DNA of 63,680 nt, filler included, from Ferroacidibacillus organovorans (lineage in GTDB: Bacteria > Bacillota > Bacilli > Alicyclobacillales > SLC66), in the NCBI RefSeq assembly GCF_001642725.1. It is 4 parts of 4 records of this genome, joined end to end, with 100 filler letters (N's around TTAATTAATTAA, not from the genome) between each part and the next. Parts side by side here need not be neighbours in the genome. Positions count along the whole stretch, not along the records: positions 1 to 18,061 come from NZ_LSUQ01000052.1; positions 18,162 to 35,959 come from NZ_LSUQ01000053.1; 2 more parts are not named here. The stretch is one strand, 5' to 3'. The notes beneath the pieces are model-generated. The model worked only from the letters and a program-made list of their open reading frames with translations. It was not told the DNA's origin and ran no database searches. Below are positions 13,401 through 23,154 of the stretch, piece by piece. Both the position numbers and the translations under genes were made by a program. Position 1 is the stretch's first letter, and every line of letters starts with the position of its first letter.

Positions 13401-13570
13401 CCGATTTGGCGAGTGAGTTGATGAACGCCATCATGGATGCCTTCTCGGCTCATACGACGATGAGCAAGCAGGCGCTGGATTCTGAGAAGGTGCGCTATGC
13501 ACTGAAGGACATATTGCTCGGGCCAGCGCAGTTGTATGAGGCGTTGCGGTTGCAGGGGGATGCGCGCTAG
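10445..13570 (+). CDS. hsdR: type I RM restriction subunit
   Basis: D...ELK nuclease motif, HSAGSGKT, DEAH, QTLSRLNR. Confidence 0.95.
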   Translation: MSLHKEIEFENDICNHLASHGWLYDQGDAQSYDRHHALFSEDVLTWVQQTQPQAWEALAKTHGSAAEVTLLHRLRKQLDARGTLEVLRHGMEMLGLRQPLQLAQFKPALAMNSGLQSKYAANRLRVVRQVRYSQHNENAIDLVLFLNGIPVATVELKSDFTQRVEDAVDQYRFDRDPHPKGKPTEPLLDFPRGALVHFAVSNSEVQMTTKLQGAATSFLPFNRGDDGAAGNPVNERGHRTSYLWEQVWERESWLEIIGRYLVTKRDSKKQISSIIFPRYHQLDATRKLVAEVLKEGSGQKYLIQHSAGSGKTNSIAWTAHFLADLHDAAYNKVFDSVLVVSDRNVLDDQLQEAIFDFERTAGVVASIKGESQSKSGELAKALSGSKKIVVCTIQTFPFALKAVQELAATQGKRFAVIADEAHSSQTGEASAKLKQVLSVEELKELADGGEVSTEDLLAAQMAGRASVSGLTFVAFTATPKSKTLELFGRRPNPEQPAGDDNIPMPFHVYGMRQAIEEGFILDVLRNYTPYSLAFKLASEGREWDEKEVERSEAMKGIMRWVRLHPYNISQKVQVVVEHFRENVAPLLNGHAKAMVVVASRVEAVRWQMAIDKYIKDQGYKMGTLVAFSGEVNDKESNPDPLTEHSKALNPNLRGRDMREAFNTEEYQILLVANKFQTGFDQPLLCGMYVDKRLAGIQAVQTLSRLNRSYRGEFGTKDTTYILDFVNDPEDVLAAFKAYYDTAELAGVTDPNLVYDLRTKMDATGYYDDNEIERVVTVEMNPRASQSELSAALEPVADRLLKRYKAAQEARVVAKAKQDGHAEQAAEDEMNALILFKRNLGAFLRIYAFLSQIFDYGNTAIEKRAIFYKRLLPLLEFGREREGVDLSKVVLTHHKLKNQGKRDLPLGDGEAEKLKPLTAPGSGEVQEKEKALLVEIIAKVNDLFEGELTDDDKLVYVNHVLKSKLLESDILVQQATNNTKEQFANSPDLASELMNAIMDAFSAHTTMSKQALDSEKVRYALKDILLGPAQLYEALRLQGDAR

Positions 13571-13719
13571 GATAGGGAAGAGTGGGATGTGTGGGCGCAC
13601 GGCATAATGTAATCTAGCTGCCTTCCTTCCAGTGGCGTTCACGAACTGCAGTTGCAAAATAAATACACAATGTAAACATCGTTCTTAGGGTCAACTGTTT
13701 TTATGGGAGGGATACGACC

Positions 13720-14934
13720 TTGAGCTCTGGAACCTCGCTGAACAGGGCGATTAGTCAGTTTGGGGCAGTTCAAGCAAACTTAGTAAAGTTGGAACGGGTA
13801 TGGAGCGAGTTGCAAGGGATGATACCGTCGTCGGGTGTTTGGTTTGAAACAAACGAACAGTATGAGGACAAATTGCGTGCGTACGAACAGATTGTAAATG
13901 CTTTGCCCGAAATATCTGGCTTCAAACCAAAAACGATGCCATGGGATTTAAACGTGATTGCTCAAGCACGTCTTGATGCATTGGAAATTGGGGAATTCGA
14001 GGCGCAAGAATACGTTGAGAGGACGATTGATGCTCCGCGACGAGAAATCCGTGAATATAGGTTCAGACTTCAAAATCTAAGGAAACAGTTAGTACGAAAC
14101 GCTGTTTCAGACCTGATCGAGAAAGCGGATGACTTACTAGTAAGTCTTGGAGAGCGTTATCGCATTGATGAGTTGGATGATTCAAGCAATGGACGACAGT
14201 CAGTGGCGAATGACGTGGAATGGGCTAGACTGAAGGACTTAATCGATGAATTAAATGCATTGCTGGGAGATTCAGTGCGAAGACCGAGTCGATGGGCTGA
14301 CTTGTTACGCCATCTAAGTTTTGCACAGTTATGGGATTTACACGACTTCGTGAAGGTGGATTGGCCAACCGTGAAGTCATCCGTATGGTCAGCCTTGGCC
14401 GATGACGACGACCCAATTCCATCAGAGGTTTCTGATTTGAGTGAATTGGTATCTCAAAAACCTGCTGGTCCCATTGCGACAAGGTTGTTGTGGGAGAACT
14501 TGACCGACGATGAATTCGAAAGATTGATCTTCATTCTCATCAGTTCTGAAGGAGGATACGAGAATCCAGAATGGCTTATGAAAACCCGCGCAGCAGATAA
14601 GGGGCGGGACTTGTCTGTAACCCGTGTGATCAAAGATGGTCTAAGCGGAGTGACGCGGCAGCGCGTTATCATCCAGTGCAAGCATTACTTGAAAACCAGT
14701 GTTGCGCTCGAAGATATCAGTACGTTGCAGGAGCAGATAAAGCTGTGGCAGCCTCCACGCATAGATGTTTTGATTATCGCGACATCAGGTCGGTTTACCG
14801 CTGACGCGGTCGCTTGGATTGAACAGCACAATCAGTCGCATTCGGCTTTGAGAATCGAAATGTGGCCGGAAAGCCATCTTGAAAATCTGTTGGCCAGTAG
14901 ACCTGCGATTGTCGGGGAGTTCCGGTTGAGATAA
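13720..14934 (+). CDS. helical N-terminal domain plus C-terminal Mrr-like restriction endonuclease
   Basis: FERLI...DKGRD...IIQCKHY...ATSGRFT Mrr_cat pattern; TTG start with GGGAGG RBS. Confidence 0.75.
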   Translation: MSSGTSLNRAISQFGAVQANLVKLERVWSELQGMIPSSGVWFETNEQYEDKLRAYEQIVNALPEISGFKPKTMPWDLNVIAQARLDALEIGEFEAQEYVERTIDAPRREIREYRFRLQNLRKQLVRNAVSDLIEKADDLLVSLGERYRIDELDDSSNGRQSVANDVEWARLKDLIDELNALLGDSVRRPSRWADLLRHLSFAQLWDLHDFVKVDWPTVKSSVWSALADDDDPIPSEVSDLSELVSQKPAGPIATRLLWENLTDDEFERLIFILISSEGGYENPEWLMKTRAADKGRDLSVTRVIKDGLSGVTRQRVIIQCKHYLKTSVALEDISTLQEQIKLWQPPRIDVLIIATSGRFTADAVAWIEQHNQSHSALRIEMWPESHLENLLASRPAIVGEFRLR

Positions 14935-14992
14935 GTTTCTTGTTCCTTGACCATAGCGCGACCGTTCGAAAGGTGCTTGACCCTTGGTTCCC

Positions 14993-16174
14993 TTATAAAA
15001 CACCCCCCTGCTTGGATCTGTCAAACAGCATCGACTCCATCTTGTCTGTGGCACTCTGCTGCATGTGGGGCAGGACATGGCTGTATCGATCCAGCGTCAT
15101 GGTGACGGAGGCGTGCCCAAGCCGCTCGGCCACGACCTTTGGATTTTCCCCAGCCAGTAGCAACAACGTGGCACAAGTATGGCGGAGATCGTAGAATCGG
15201 ATATCGGATGACAGGTCCGCAGCCATCAAGATGGGTTTGAAATGGCGACGCAGCACGTTGTTCTTGCGTAGTGGCTCACCTGCGGCGGTGGCAAAGACAA
15301 ATCCGTGATCGACGTACTTCCCTTTACTTCGTAGCCGTTCCTGTAATTGGTTCTGGCGGTGATCGCGCAGTAAGTTGGCGGTTGTGGCGGTGAGGGGGAT
15401 CTGTCGCCGACTTCGTTTGGTCTTTGGCTCCTTCAGACGCCAGCCTGTGCTGAGTCGTTCCAAGGAATGACGGACGAAAATGGCTCGGTGTTCCAAGTCG
15501 ATATCTTGCCAACGTAGCCCCAGCGCCTCACCTGGACGCAATCCTGTTTCCACCATCAAGGCGAACAGAACATGCAGCCTATCTGATACGGATGCCTCTA
15601 AGAACCGCACTGCCTCGTCTGGAGTGAGCGAACGCATTTCTTTCACCTCGGCGCGAGGGCGTTTCATGTGTTCCATAGGGTTGCGTGCAAGCAGCCCGAG
15701 TGCATGTGCTTGTTTCATGGCCTGTTTGAGGATCGTGAACACGTATTGGGCGGTACGAATCGTCTTTTGGCCTTCTTGGTTTTCGGAGTTTGCCACCTCG
15801 TTTATCAGCTTCTGAAATTGCATGGGCATGCCTTGGAGCCGATTCAGGGTGATGGTGCCCATGCGCGGGATGACGTATTTCTCCATCGCGTAGCGATAAT
15901 CCGCGCAAGTCCTTGGTGCGACACGTGGCTGGACATACTCATCCAGCCACGTGTCGAGAAATTTCGATAGCGGTAGTTTACTCGGTTCGACGAACGTGTT
16001 TTGATCGCGCTCTGTTTCCATCTTGCGGGCATATCGTTCCGCATCTTTGCGGGTTCCGCGCACCAGGTGGTTGTGGAAAATCTGCTTCCCCTGTTCATCG
16101 CGGCGGACGTACATTCGTACCAACCATCGGTCTTGCCCATTCTTGTCTTTTCCGTGTGGAATGACGTTGGCCAT
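14993..16174 (-). CDS. tyrosine recombinase/integrase (ICEBs1-Int-like)
   Basis: TGLRPGE, EPKT, YDLRHT, LGH, DRYSH catalytic residues; N-terminal arm-binding region. Confidence 0.93.
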   Translation of the reverse strand: MANVIPHGKDKNGQDRWLVRMYVRRDEQGKQIFHNHLVRGTRKDAERYARKMETERDQNTFVEPSKLPLSKFLDTWLDEYVQPRVAPRTCADYRYAMEKYVIPRMGTITLNRLQGMPMQFQKLINEVANSENQEGQKTIRTAQYVFTILKQAMKQAHALGLLARNPMEHMKRPRAEVKEMRSLTPDEAVRFLEASVSDRLHVLFALMVETGLRPGEALGLRWQDIDLEHRAIFVRHSLERLSTGWRLKEPKTKRSRRQIPLTATTANLLRDHRQNQLQERLRSKGKYVDHGFVFATAAGEPLRKNNVLRRHFKPILMAADLSSDIRFYDLRHTCATLLLLAGENPKVVAERLGHASVTMTLDRYSHVLPHMQQSATDKMESMLFDRSKQGGVL

Positions 16175-16292
16175 GCGATTCCCCTCTTTGACTTATAAAT
16201 TCACTGGATTCATCGCTCTGGCAGGTGGGGAAGTCAAGCGATCATTGGAAGGCGGGTGCAAGAGCGGGCGATGTGAGGACGACGTCAGGTGC

Positions 16293-16493
16293 TCATCTTG
16301 TATTCTTGCGCCATCCACCGTCCCAAGCCTGTCCCCCCATCTCTATCCACGCTTCCAGCGCTTGTTCATCGAACCGGATGAGGCGTCCCACCCGGACGCT
16401 GGGCAGCACCTTCTGCCGGGTCAATCGATAGACAGCATCTTCGGTGACTCCGAGACGTTCGGCGACATCTGTCGCGGTTAATAGACGTTTCAT
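16293..16493 (-). CDS. excisionase-like HTH_17 protein
   Basis: LLTATDVAERLGV...VRVGRLIRF directly upstream of the integrase. Confidence 0.88.
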   Translation of the reverse strand: MKRLLTATDVAERLGVTEDAVYRLTRQKVLPSVRVGRLIRFDEQALEAWIEMGGQAWDGGWRKNTR

Positions 16494-16524
16494 TGCACTT
16501 CACTCCTCTTCTGATTCAGAGATT

Positions 16525-16773
16525 TCACTTTCGCTGCGGAAATGACGATGAACGGGGCTGTTTACCCAGCACAGTCGCCCCGTCGTCGCCTGAACTCCGG
16601 ATGCGGGGTAGTTCGGCGAGGTAGACAAGTGAAGCGCCCGTGTCGGCCCACACGCGCCCCAGCACGCCGGAATCTTGAAGCAGGGGCAGGGTGACACCCT
16701 CATGTCTGGGATAGGTAGCCTGCTCCAGATGTTCGTGGAGCAAATCGCGATCCAACTTTCGAACCTTACCCAC
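16525..16773 (-). pseudogene. internally deleted second replication-relaxation gene
   Basis: GTG at 16773 overlaps the upstream stop; C-terminus GVLGRVW...LPR...LGKQ...FP aligns with that of 16766-17659. Confidence 0.6.
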
Positions 16774-17659
16774 GCTTCTGTCTGGGAAACGGCTGCTGTC
16801 GAATCTGTTTGCCAAGAGGAACACTGCGATCCCCATATCTACTTTCCAACCGGGGAAAGTCCTGAATGGACACCACGGTGTCTTCAGCGCCAGTCCATAC
16901 GGAACCGAACACCCCTTGTATGTCCAGTGCATTTTCTGTCGTCGCCCATAGGACGGGCGTCGGTCCTTTTGAAAATAAGTTGGATTTGAGGTGATTCCAG
17001 ATTTCCAAGATACGCGCCGAACGTCGATGGTCGCGGGTGACAAACAGCACATTGGCCAGGGAAAGGTTGTTCCAGAAAGGCTTAAGAACATCGATATACT
17101 GCCAGAGCTTGTGGTGAATGACCCAGAGATGCTCGCTTCCGGTGTCGTACTCGAGATGAAATACCACTTCACTGCCATTTTCAAATTGATAGGTGCCAAT
17201 CCCGTCGGGTCGCAGAGGTGTTGTCTTTTGTTCCTTTGCAGTGGTCACAGGATATCGGTCGCCACTATCGCGCATGCCAATCCAGTTGACGAGTCCCTCC
17301 GTCGTGGGACGCGCCATGCTCCCTTGGATGAGATCGGTGAAGAAGCGGTTGCTTCGGTACAGATGGGCTGTCTGACCAGAGAGAACGCCTGTCTGTTTCA
17401 GAAGTCGGGGCCGGTACTCCTTCGTCAGCCCGAACGCCACCTCCACGCCGATTTTGGATAACATCCAGCCTTTGACATTGCGTTCGACAAAACCGAGGGG
17501 GAGCGACTGTACCCAGTCTTTGTCTTTGAGGGAGTGAAACGCTTTGTAAATGGTCTTGTGTTCATAGTGCAGCAGGATAGCGAGTTGAGCTACGGTGAGC
17601 AAGCTGTAACGATAGAGCGCGAGGACGATCTCGCTTTCAATGCGACGAGGCACCAACAT
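16766..17659 (-). CDS. replication-relaxation family protein
   Basis: N-terminal wHTH, H.Y..N, LRPDG, LEYDTGSE motifs. Confidence 0.82.
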   Translation of the reverse strand: MLVPRRIESEIVLALYRYSLLTVAQLAILLHYEHKTIYKAFHSLKDKDWVQSLPLGFVERNVKGWMLSKIGVEVAFGLTKEYRPRLLKQTGVLSGQTAHLYRSNRFFTDLIQGSMARPTTEGLVNWIGMRDSGDRYPVTTAKEQKTTPLRPDGIGTYQFENGSEVVFHLEYDTGSEHLWVIHHKLWQYIDVLKPFWNNLSLANVLFVTRDHRRSARILEIWNHLKSNLFSKGPTPVLWATTENALDIQGVFGSVWTGAEDTVVSIQDFPRLESRYGDRSVPLGKQIRQQPFPRQKRG

Positions 17660-17991
17660 GGGGGCTCCTCCTGTCTCAGGGGCGGCGAATGGGATATATG
17701 TCCCTTGTTCGAAGCGTCAACATTTCCGCACGCGGTGCGGCTTCCGGCGCGTAGGTGCACAAGAATATGCCTCCGAAAGGCACTCCCCAAGTGACTGCGT
17801 AACCTTCTCCGAAGATTCACCCCCTTTCAGGCCTGCCGAGATGGTGACCTAGCCACCTCAGAAATAGAAAATCGCGGTCTTTCAACCGAGATAGCCAGTG
17901 TCAGAAAGTCCCCGGCAGCTCTATTAGTCAGCGACTGACGTACCTCCTCTCTGAGTCATGTTCTGATGCTTCTATCGTAGATATGGAAAAT

Positions 17992-18061
17992 TGTGTTTGT
18001 CAATCGAATAGTTGACCATGCTGCTAACTGAAAAGTTGACCACCCGGCATAATAAAAAACT
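17992..18061. mobile_element. IS21-family terminal end at contig break
   Basis: TGTGTTTGTCAA start, internal repeats AATAGTTGACCA (18007) and AAAAGTTGACCA (18031). Confidence 0.6.
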
Positions 18062-18161
18062 NNNNNNNNNNNNNNNNNNNNNNNNNNNNNNNNNNNNNNN
18101 NNNNNTTAATTAATTAANNNNNNNNNNNNNNNNNNNNNNNNNNNNNNNNNNNNNNNNNNNN
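18062..18161. other. artificial contig spacer
   Basis: N44-TTAATTAATTAA-N44. Confidence 0.98.
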
Positions 18162-18415
18162 TCGACTGGGTTGAGTTGAATGAAGCGTTCGCCGCCCAAG
18201 CGCTCGCATGCATCCGCGAGCTTTCGCTACCCGTGGAGCGAGTGAATCCATACGGAGGCGCCATTGCGCTCGGTCACCCTTTAGGATGCTCTGGCGCGCG
18301 CATCGTTGGAACCCTCGCACGTCAATTGCAGCGGGCTGGCGCGCGATACGGCGTAGCAACCCTGTGTGTGGGACTCGGGCAAGGGGTTGCGACACTGCTC
18401 GAACACGTTGAATAA
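18162..18415 (+). CDS. thiolase (acetyl-CoA C-acyltransferase) C-terminal part, 5' lost in gap
   Basis: [24 protein letters not shown] motifs. Confidence 0.92.
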
Positions 18416-18542
18416 ATGGGTGCGAAACGATTCACAGTTCTGGCTACCTAAAAGATATTCTTGCGAATCTCGAAATGAACCCTTGATCTTCTCCTACTCA
18501 TGAACTATGTTTAGAACATAGTTCTATTTTTTAGATTATAGA

Positions 18543-18556
18543 AGTAAGCGCTTCCA
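18543..18556 (+). promoter_or_regulatory. cre-like CcpA site upstream of lactate permease
   Basis: AGTAAGCGCTTCCA, close to the TGWAARCGYTWNCA consensus. Confidence 0.55.
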
Positions 18557-18689
18557 GAAAGGAGACAGATTTGCGAGACAAGTTTTAGCTTCCTTTCGAA
18601 TACGAATTCAGAAGTAGCGCCGAATTGGCGATGCGCATGAAAGGCAAGCTTTTGAAAGGCAAACATGACGGGAGAAAGAGGGGAAAACT

Positions 18690-20318
18690 TTGTTTCAACA
18701 AATCCTGATGCCTGTGGGACAATCGCTTTTCGGATCTTTCCTTGTCGGCTTTATTCCCATCCTAGTCGTACTTATTATGCTTGGCGTCTTGCGCCGACCC
18801 GCGTGGATCAGCGCGCTGACAGGTCTTATCACAGGGATCATTATCGCCTTGTTCGTTTGGAAAATTCCTGCAAACCGCGCTATCTCTGCGATGTTTGAGG
18901 GGGGCGTATTTGCGCTCTGGCCGATCATGTGGATCGTGTTCGCCGCGATGTGGCTATACAACATCAGTCAACGGACAGGGTCATTTGAGCTGTTCCGCCG
19001 CTTTATGTATCGTCACGCTACGAAAGACAAGCGAATTCAGGTTCTGATCATCGCGTTTGCATTCGGAGCGCTTATGGAGGGGATCGCCGGGTTTGGGACA
19101 CCTGTCGCCATCGGCGCGGCTCTGCTTATGGGCCTCGGATTCCCTGCGCTTGAAGCGGTGGTCTACACGCTTATCTTTGATACCGCTCCTGTTGCGTTTG
19201 GCGCGCTCGGGGTGCCAATCACGGCGCTTGCCGGCGTGACAAACCTGCCTGTGGGAGACCTTTCCTCGATGGTTGGGCGTCAATTGCCGTTCTTCGCTTT
19301 TATTCTTCCGTTCTACGTATTGCTTGTCTTGGGTGGACCGAAAGCGCTTAAGGGCGCATGGCCTGCCGCGCTCGTTGGCGGCTTATCTTACTCCTTGACG
19401 CAGTTTGCCGTCTCAAACTACCTTGGACCGCAGTTGCCAGACGTCTTGGCGGCGCTGGTGTCGCTCGTCTGCCTGATTGGCTTCACAAAAATTTGGACGC
19501 CAAAAGATACAGAACAGTATCAAACCTACGCGAATGCAGTGGCTGCAGAAACGGCAGCGACAGGCAGTGGTACAATGCCAGAGCTGACTGGCGGGCAATC
19601 CTTCAAGGCGTGGCTACCCTGGCTAATGATCACCGCGATCGTCATCATCTGGACATTCCTCAAGGTGGCGGCGATTGGGACGATGAGTGTAAAGTGGCCG
19701 GGACTTAACAAGCTTGTCTATCTGACGCTCTATCACAAATCGTATGATGCTGTCTGGGTATTCCAACCACTCGGTTCCGGCACGCCGATTCTCGTCGCGG
19801 TGGTTCTGACAGCCCTCTTCCTACGCGTCGATATGAAAACCTTCTGGTTGGCGGCCTCTGATACATGGAAACAACTGCGGTTTGCCATCCTCACGGTCAT
19901 GGAGATTGTGGCGCTTGCCTATTTGTACAACTACTCTGGAATGGCCTATACACTCGGTCTCGCAGTGGCGACTGTCGGCGCATTCTTTCCGTTTCTCTCC
20001 GCGTTTCTCGGCTGGATCGCCTGCTTTCTCACAGGGTCTGACACGTCATCAAACGTGCTGTTTGGGAACCTGCAAGTGGTTGCCGCAAAGCAGCTTCACT
20101 TGAATCCTGTGTTAATGGCGGCCACGAACTCGAGCGGTGCGGTCATGAGCAAAATGATTTCGCCGCAGAACGTGACGACAGGCGTTTCAACAGGTCCTCT
20201 TAAAAACCAAGAGGGGCTCGTCATTCGACGTACGTTCATGCACAGCGTCATTCTGACACTGATTCTTGGCGTGCTGGTCTTCTTGCAGGCGCACGTACTT
20301 TCCTTTATGGTTCCGTAG
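18690..20318 (+). CDS. lctP: L-lactate/glycolate permease
   Basis: EGIAGFGTP, GSDTSSN.LFG.LQ, KMISPQ motifs. Confidence 0.92.
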   Translation: MFQQILMPVGQSLFGSFLVGFIPILVVLIMLGVLRRPAWISALTGLITGIIIALFVWKIPANRAISAMFEGGVFALWPIMWIVFAAMWLYNISQRTGSFELFRRFMYRHATKDKRIQVLIIAFAFGALMEGIAGFGTPVAIGAALLMGLGFPALEAVVYTLIFDTAPVAFGALGVPITALAGVTNLPVGDLSSMVGRQLPFFAFILPFYVLLVLGGPKALKGAWPAALVGGLSYSLTQFAVSNYLGPQLPDVLAALVSLVCLIGFTKIWTPKDTEQYQTYANAVAAETAATGSGTMPELTGGQSFKAWLPWLMITAIVIIWTFLKVAAIGTMSVKWPGLNKLVYLTLYHKSYDAVWVFQPLGSGTPILVAVVLTALFLRVDMKTFWLAASDTWKQLRFAILTVMEIVALAYLYNYSGMAYTLGLAVATVGAFFPFLSAFLGWIACFLTGSDTSSNVLFGNLQVVAAKQLHLNPVLMAATNSSGAVMSKMISPQNVTTGVSTGPLKNQEGLVIRRTFMHSVILTLILGVLVFLQAHVLSFMVP

Positions 20319-20472
20319 TATTTTCGCGCTGGAATCTGAGTGCATCACCAGGGACTGCGCAAAGCGGTCTCTGGTGATTTCTTTTCGCGCGCGAGCCCCA
20401 AGTGTGCTAGAGTAAATGTGGTGTAAGATGGACAAAAGAATGGGAACGTTTGGTGAAGGCGGGTTTTCAAAA

Positions 20473-21264
20473 ATGGAAGATTATACGGTCAAATCCGTCG
20501 ATAAAGCGTGTCATCTGCTCGAAGTGGTCAGTCGCTATCCGCAAGGGATCGCGATTACAGAACTCGCGACACAAGTGGACATGTACAAAAGCACAGTGCA
20601 TCGCCTTTTGACGACGCTGTTGCGGCGTGGCTACATTGAACAGGATGAGCGAACGGGGAAGTACAAATTGGGATATGCGTTGCTCGATCTCGGGATGAAA
20701 TTGCTCTCATCGATCGACTTGCGTGCAGAAGCGGCGGTTCCGTTGCGCGAACTCGCTGATTTCTCGAACGAGATTGTCCACTTGGCCCTTCTAGAACGCG
20801 GAGAGATCGTGTACATCGACAAGGTGGAGAGTGACGATACGACGCGTATGCACTCGCGCATCGGAAAACGCGTCCCTGTTCACTCGACGAGCTTGGGGAA
20901 GGTGATCCTCGCGTATCTTCCCGTGTCAGAGGCGCGTGAGATTTTGAATCAGAATGAGCGCATTCAGATGACTGATCATACGATCGTGCAAGAGGACGAA
21001 CTTTTGGCTGAGATCGAGCGCGTCAAAGAGCGAGGTTACGCGTTTGATTTGGAGGAAAACGAGATCGGCGTTTGTTGCATTGCGGCGCCTATTTTTGATC
21101 ACGCGAACAACGTGGTGGCGGCATGTAGCGTGTCGGGACCGAGCAGTCGAATGACGACGGAGCGACTGCACGCAATGATTCCGGTCGTCATTGCGAGTGC
21201 AAAACGGATCTCAAACCGTTTGGGACACGGTGTTCTGACAGAAGAGATGCGCACGCGCGTATAA
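20473..21264 (+). CDS. IclR family transcriptional regulator
   Basis: HTH KSTVHRLL, STSLGK, CIAAPIFD, SVSGP. Confidence 0.92.
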   Translation: MEDYTVKSVDKACHLLEVVSRYPQGIAITELATQVDMYKSTVHRLLTTLLRRGYIEQDERTGKYKLGYALLDLGMKLLSSIDLRAEAAVPLRELADFSNEIVHLALLERGEIVYIDKVESDDTTRMHSRIGKRVPVHSTSLGKVILAYLPVSEAREILNQNERIQMTDHTIVQEDELLAEIERVKERGYAFDLEENEIGVCCIAAPIFDHANNVVAACSVSGPSSRMTTERLHAMIPVVIASAKRISNRLGHGVLTEEMRTRV

Positions 21265-21304
21265 AAAGGGCTGCCAAGCCAGCAGGCTGGCAGCCGTTCG
21301 TCAA

Positions 21305-22903
21305 CTAAGCCAATTGCGCATAGGCAGGCGTCGTCAAGAAATCGACAAAATTGTCATCGAGCGTGATCGCCGTAAAGAGGGCGGTTGCCTCTTGAAATCT
21401 TCCGTTTTTGTACGCGTCAGCGCCGATGCTGTCGCGTATTTTTTCATTCTCTTCGTGAACAATCGTTTCAAAAAGCGCAGGCGTAAGCTTACGTCCGTCG
21501 TCGAGTACCCCTTTTTCGTGATGAATCCACTGCCACAACTGAGTGCGCGAGATCTCAGCAGTCGCCGCGTCTTCCATCAGATTGAAAATGGGTACGGCAC
21601 CCGATCCGCGCAGCCACGCTTCGAGATACTGGATGCCTACGCTCACATTCGTGCGCACGCCTGCTTCCGTGATCGATCCGTTTGGAACCTCCAAAAGTTG
21701 CTCCGCAGTGACGTGTACATCTTCCCGCTTGCGATCAACCTGGTTAGGGGTTTTCATGAGTTTATTAAAAACGTCCATGGCGACGGGAACCAAGGCAGGG
21801 TGCGCCACCCACGTTCCGTCGTGACCGTCTCTCGCCTCACGCTCTTTGTCTGCCCGCACCTTTGAGAGCGCGTCCTCATTTGCGACAGGATCATTCTTAA
21901 TTGGAATCTGTGCGGCCATTCCACCGATGGCAAACGCGTTGCGTCGATGGCACGTCTGGATGGTGAGCAGGGAGTATGCGCGCATAAACGGTACGGTCAT
22001 CGTCACTTGAGCGCGGTCGGGAAGAATGACGTTGGGTTGATTGCGCAGTTTTTTGATGTAGCTGAAAATATAGTCCCAGCGACCGCAGTTGATTCCCGCC
22101 GCATGCTCCCGCAGCTCATAAAGAATTTCATTCATTTCAAAGGTGGCGAGAATCGTCTCGACGAGTACGGTGGCCTTGATCGTTCCTTGCGGAATTCCAA
22201 GCGCCTGCTCTGCGCGAACAAAGATGCTGTTCCAGAGGCGCGCTTCTTGGTGACTCTCCATTTTTGGCAAATAGAAATAGGGTCCAGAGCCATTTTCGAG
22301 CAAGGTTTTCACATTGTGATAAAAGTACAGGCCAAAATCAAGCAGAGCGCCCGGAATCGCCTTTTCGTCTAACGTAATATGTTTTTCATCGAGATGCCAA
22401 CCGCGCGGTCTGACAATCAACACAGCCGTTTGCTCTTTCAGTCGATACGCTTTTCCTTCGGGACTTGTATAGTCGATCGTGCGGCGAATCGCGTCGCGAA
22501 GATTGATCTGTCCTTCAATCGTGTTTTCCCAGGTGGGTGAATTTGCATCCTCAAAATCGGCCATAAATGTTTTTGCGCCAGAGTTGAGTGCATTGATCAC
22601 CATTTTGCGATCGCTTGAAGGCCCAGTGATTTCGACGCGACGATCTTGTAGATCGCTCGGGATGGGTGCCACCGTCCATTCCCGTTCACGAATGGCGATC
22701 GTTTCTGGCAAAAAGTCGGGTAATTTTCCTTGGTCGATCTCACGTTGACGCTCATTCCTGCGTATCAACAAAGTGTCTCGCTCATCGCGAAAGGTGCGCA
22801 CCAGATCGCTTACAAATGCGAGCGCGTCCGGTGTCAGGATGGTTGCATACGAATCGTGGTATGCACCCGTGATGCTCATGCCGGTTGGTGTTTGAAATGG
22901 CAT
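21305..22903 (-). CDS. aceB: malate synthase A
   Basis: [36 protein letters not shown]. Confidence 0.96.
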   Translation of the reverse strand: MPFQTPTGMSITGAYHDSYATILTPDALAFVSDLVRTFRDERDTLLIRRNERQREIDQGKLPDFLPETIAIREREWTVAPIPSDLQDRRVEITGPSSDRKMVINALNSGAKTFMADFEDANSPTWENTIEGQINLRDAIRRTIDYTSPEGKAYRLKEQTAVLIVRPRGWHLDEKHITLDEKAIPGALLDFGLYFYHNVKTLLENGSGPYFYLPKMESHQEARLWNSIFVRAEQALGIPQGTIKATVLVETILATFEMNEILYELREHAAGINCGRWDYIFSYIKKLRNQPNVILPDRAQVTMTVPFMRAYSLLTIQTCHRRNAFAIGGMAAQIPIKNDPVANEDALSKVRADKEREARDGHDGTWVAHPALVPVAMDVFNKLMKTPNQVDRKREDVHVTAEQLLEVPNGSITEAGVRTNVSVGIQYLEAWLRGSGAVPIFNLMEDAATAEISRTQLWQWIHHEKGVLDDGRKLTPALFETIVHEENEKIRDSIGADAYKNGRFQEATALFTAITLDDNFVDFLTTPAYAQLA

Positions 22904-22965
22904 GGAATACGCCTCATTTCGTTTAAGATAATGAAACTTTCAACCTAAGCATATCATATCATACC

Positions 22966-23002
22966 GTTATGCATTGCGGAACATTCATCTGCAATACAGA
23001 AC
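22966..23002. promoter_or_regulatory. candidate IclR-type operator pair in aceB/aceA divergent region
   Basis: GTTATGCATTGCGGAAC and CATCTGCAATACAGAAC in tandem; related GTTATGCAATAC at 23069. Confidence 0.4.
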
Positions 23003-23154
23003 GACATTGAAATGAATGTTCACAAAAAAGAAGAAATAAATCGCTGAGAACACCTTCACAAATCATCTGTTATGCAATACACTGTACTATAACAACAGAA
23101 ATACACCGAACTGTGTAGTACAGGTGTAGAGTGAGAGATGAGAGGAGTCTTCAG

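Noticed and set aside
16774..17199. Upstream part of the 224-aa ORF 16525-17199
   Set aside because: Overlaps the real replication-relaxation gene out of frame; only the part from GTG 16773 looks genic.
17660..17990. Hairpin-rich leader upstream of the relaxase gene as oriT or ncRNA
   Set aside because: Several short stems but no recognisable nic site or RNA family; unsupported without comparative data.
18062..18161. TTAATTAATTAA motif recurring three times within N runs
   Set aside because: Artificial all-frame-stop contig linker; ORFs running into it are partial and cross-gap adjacency is not real.
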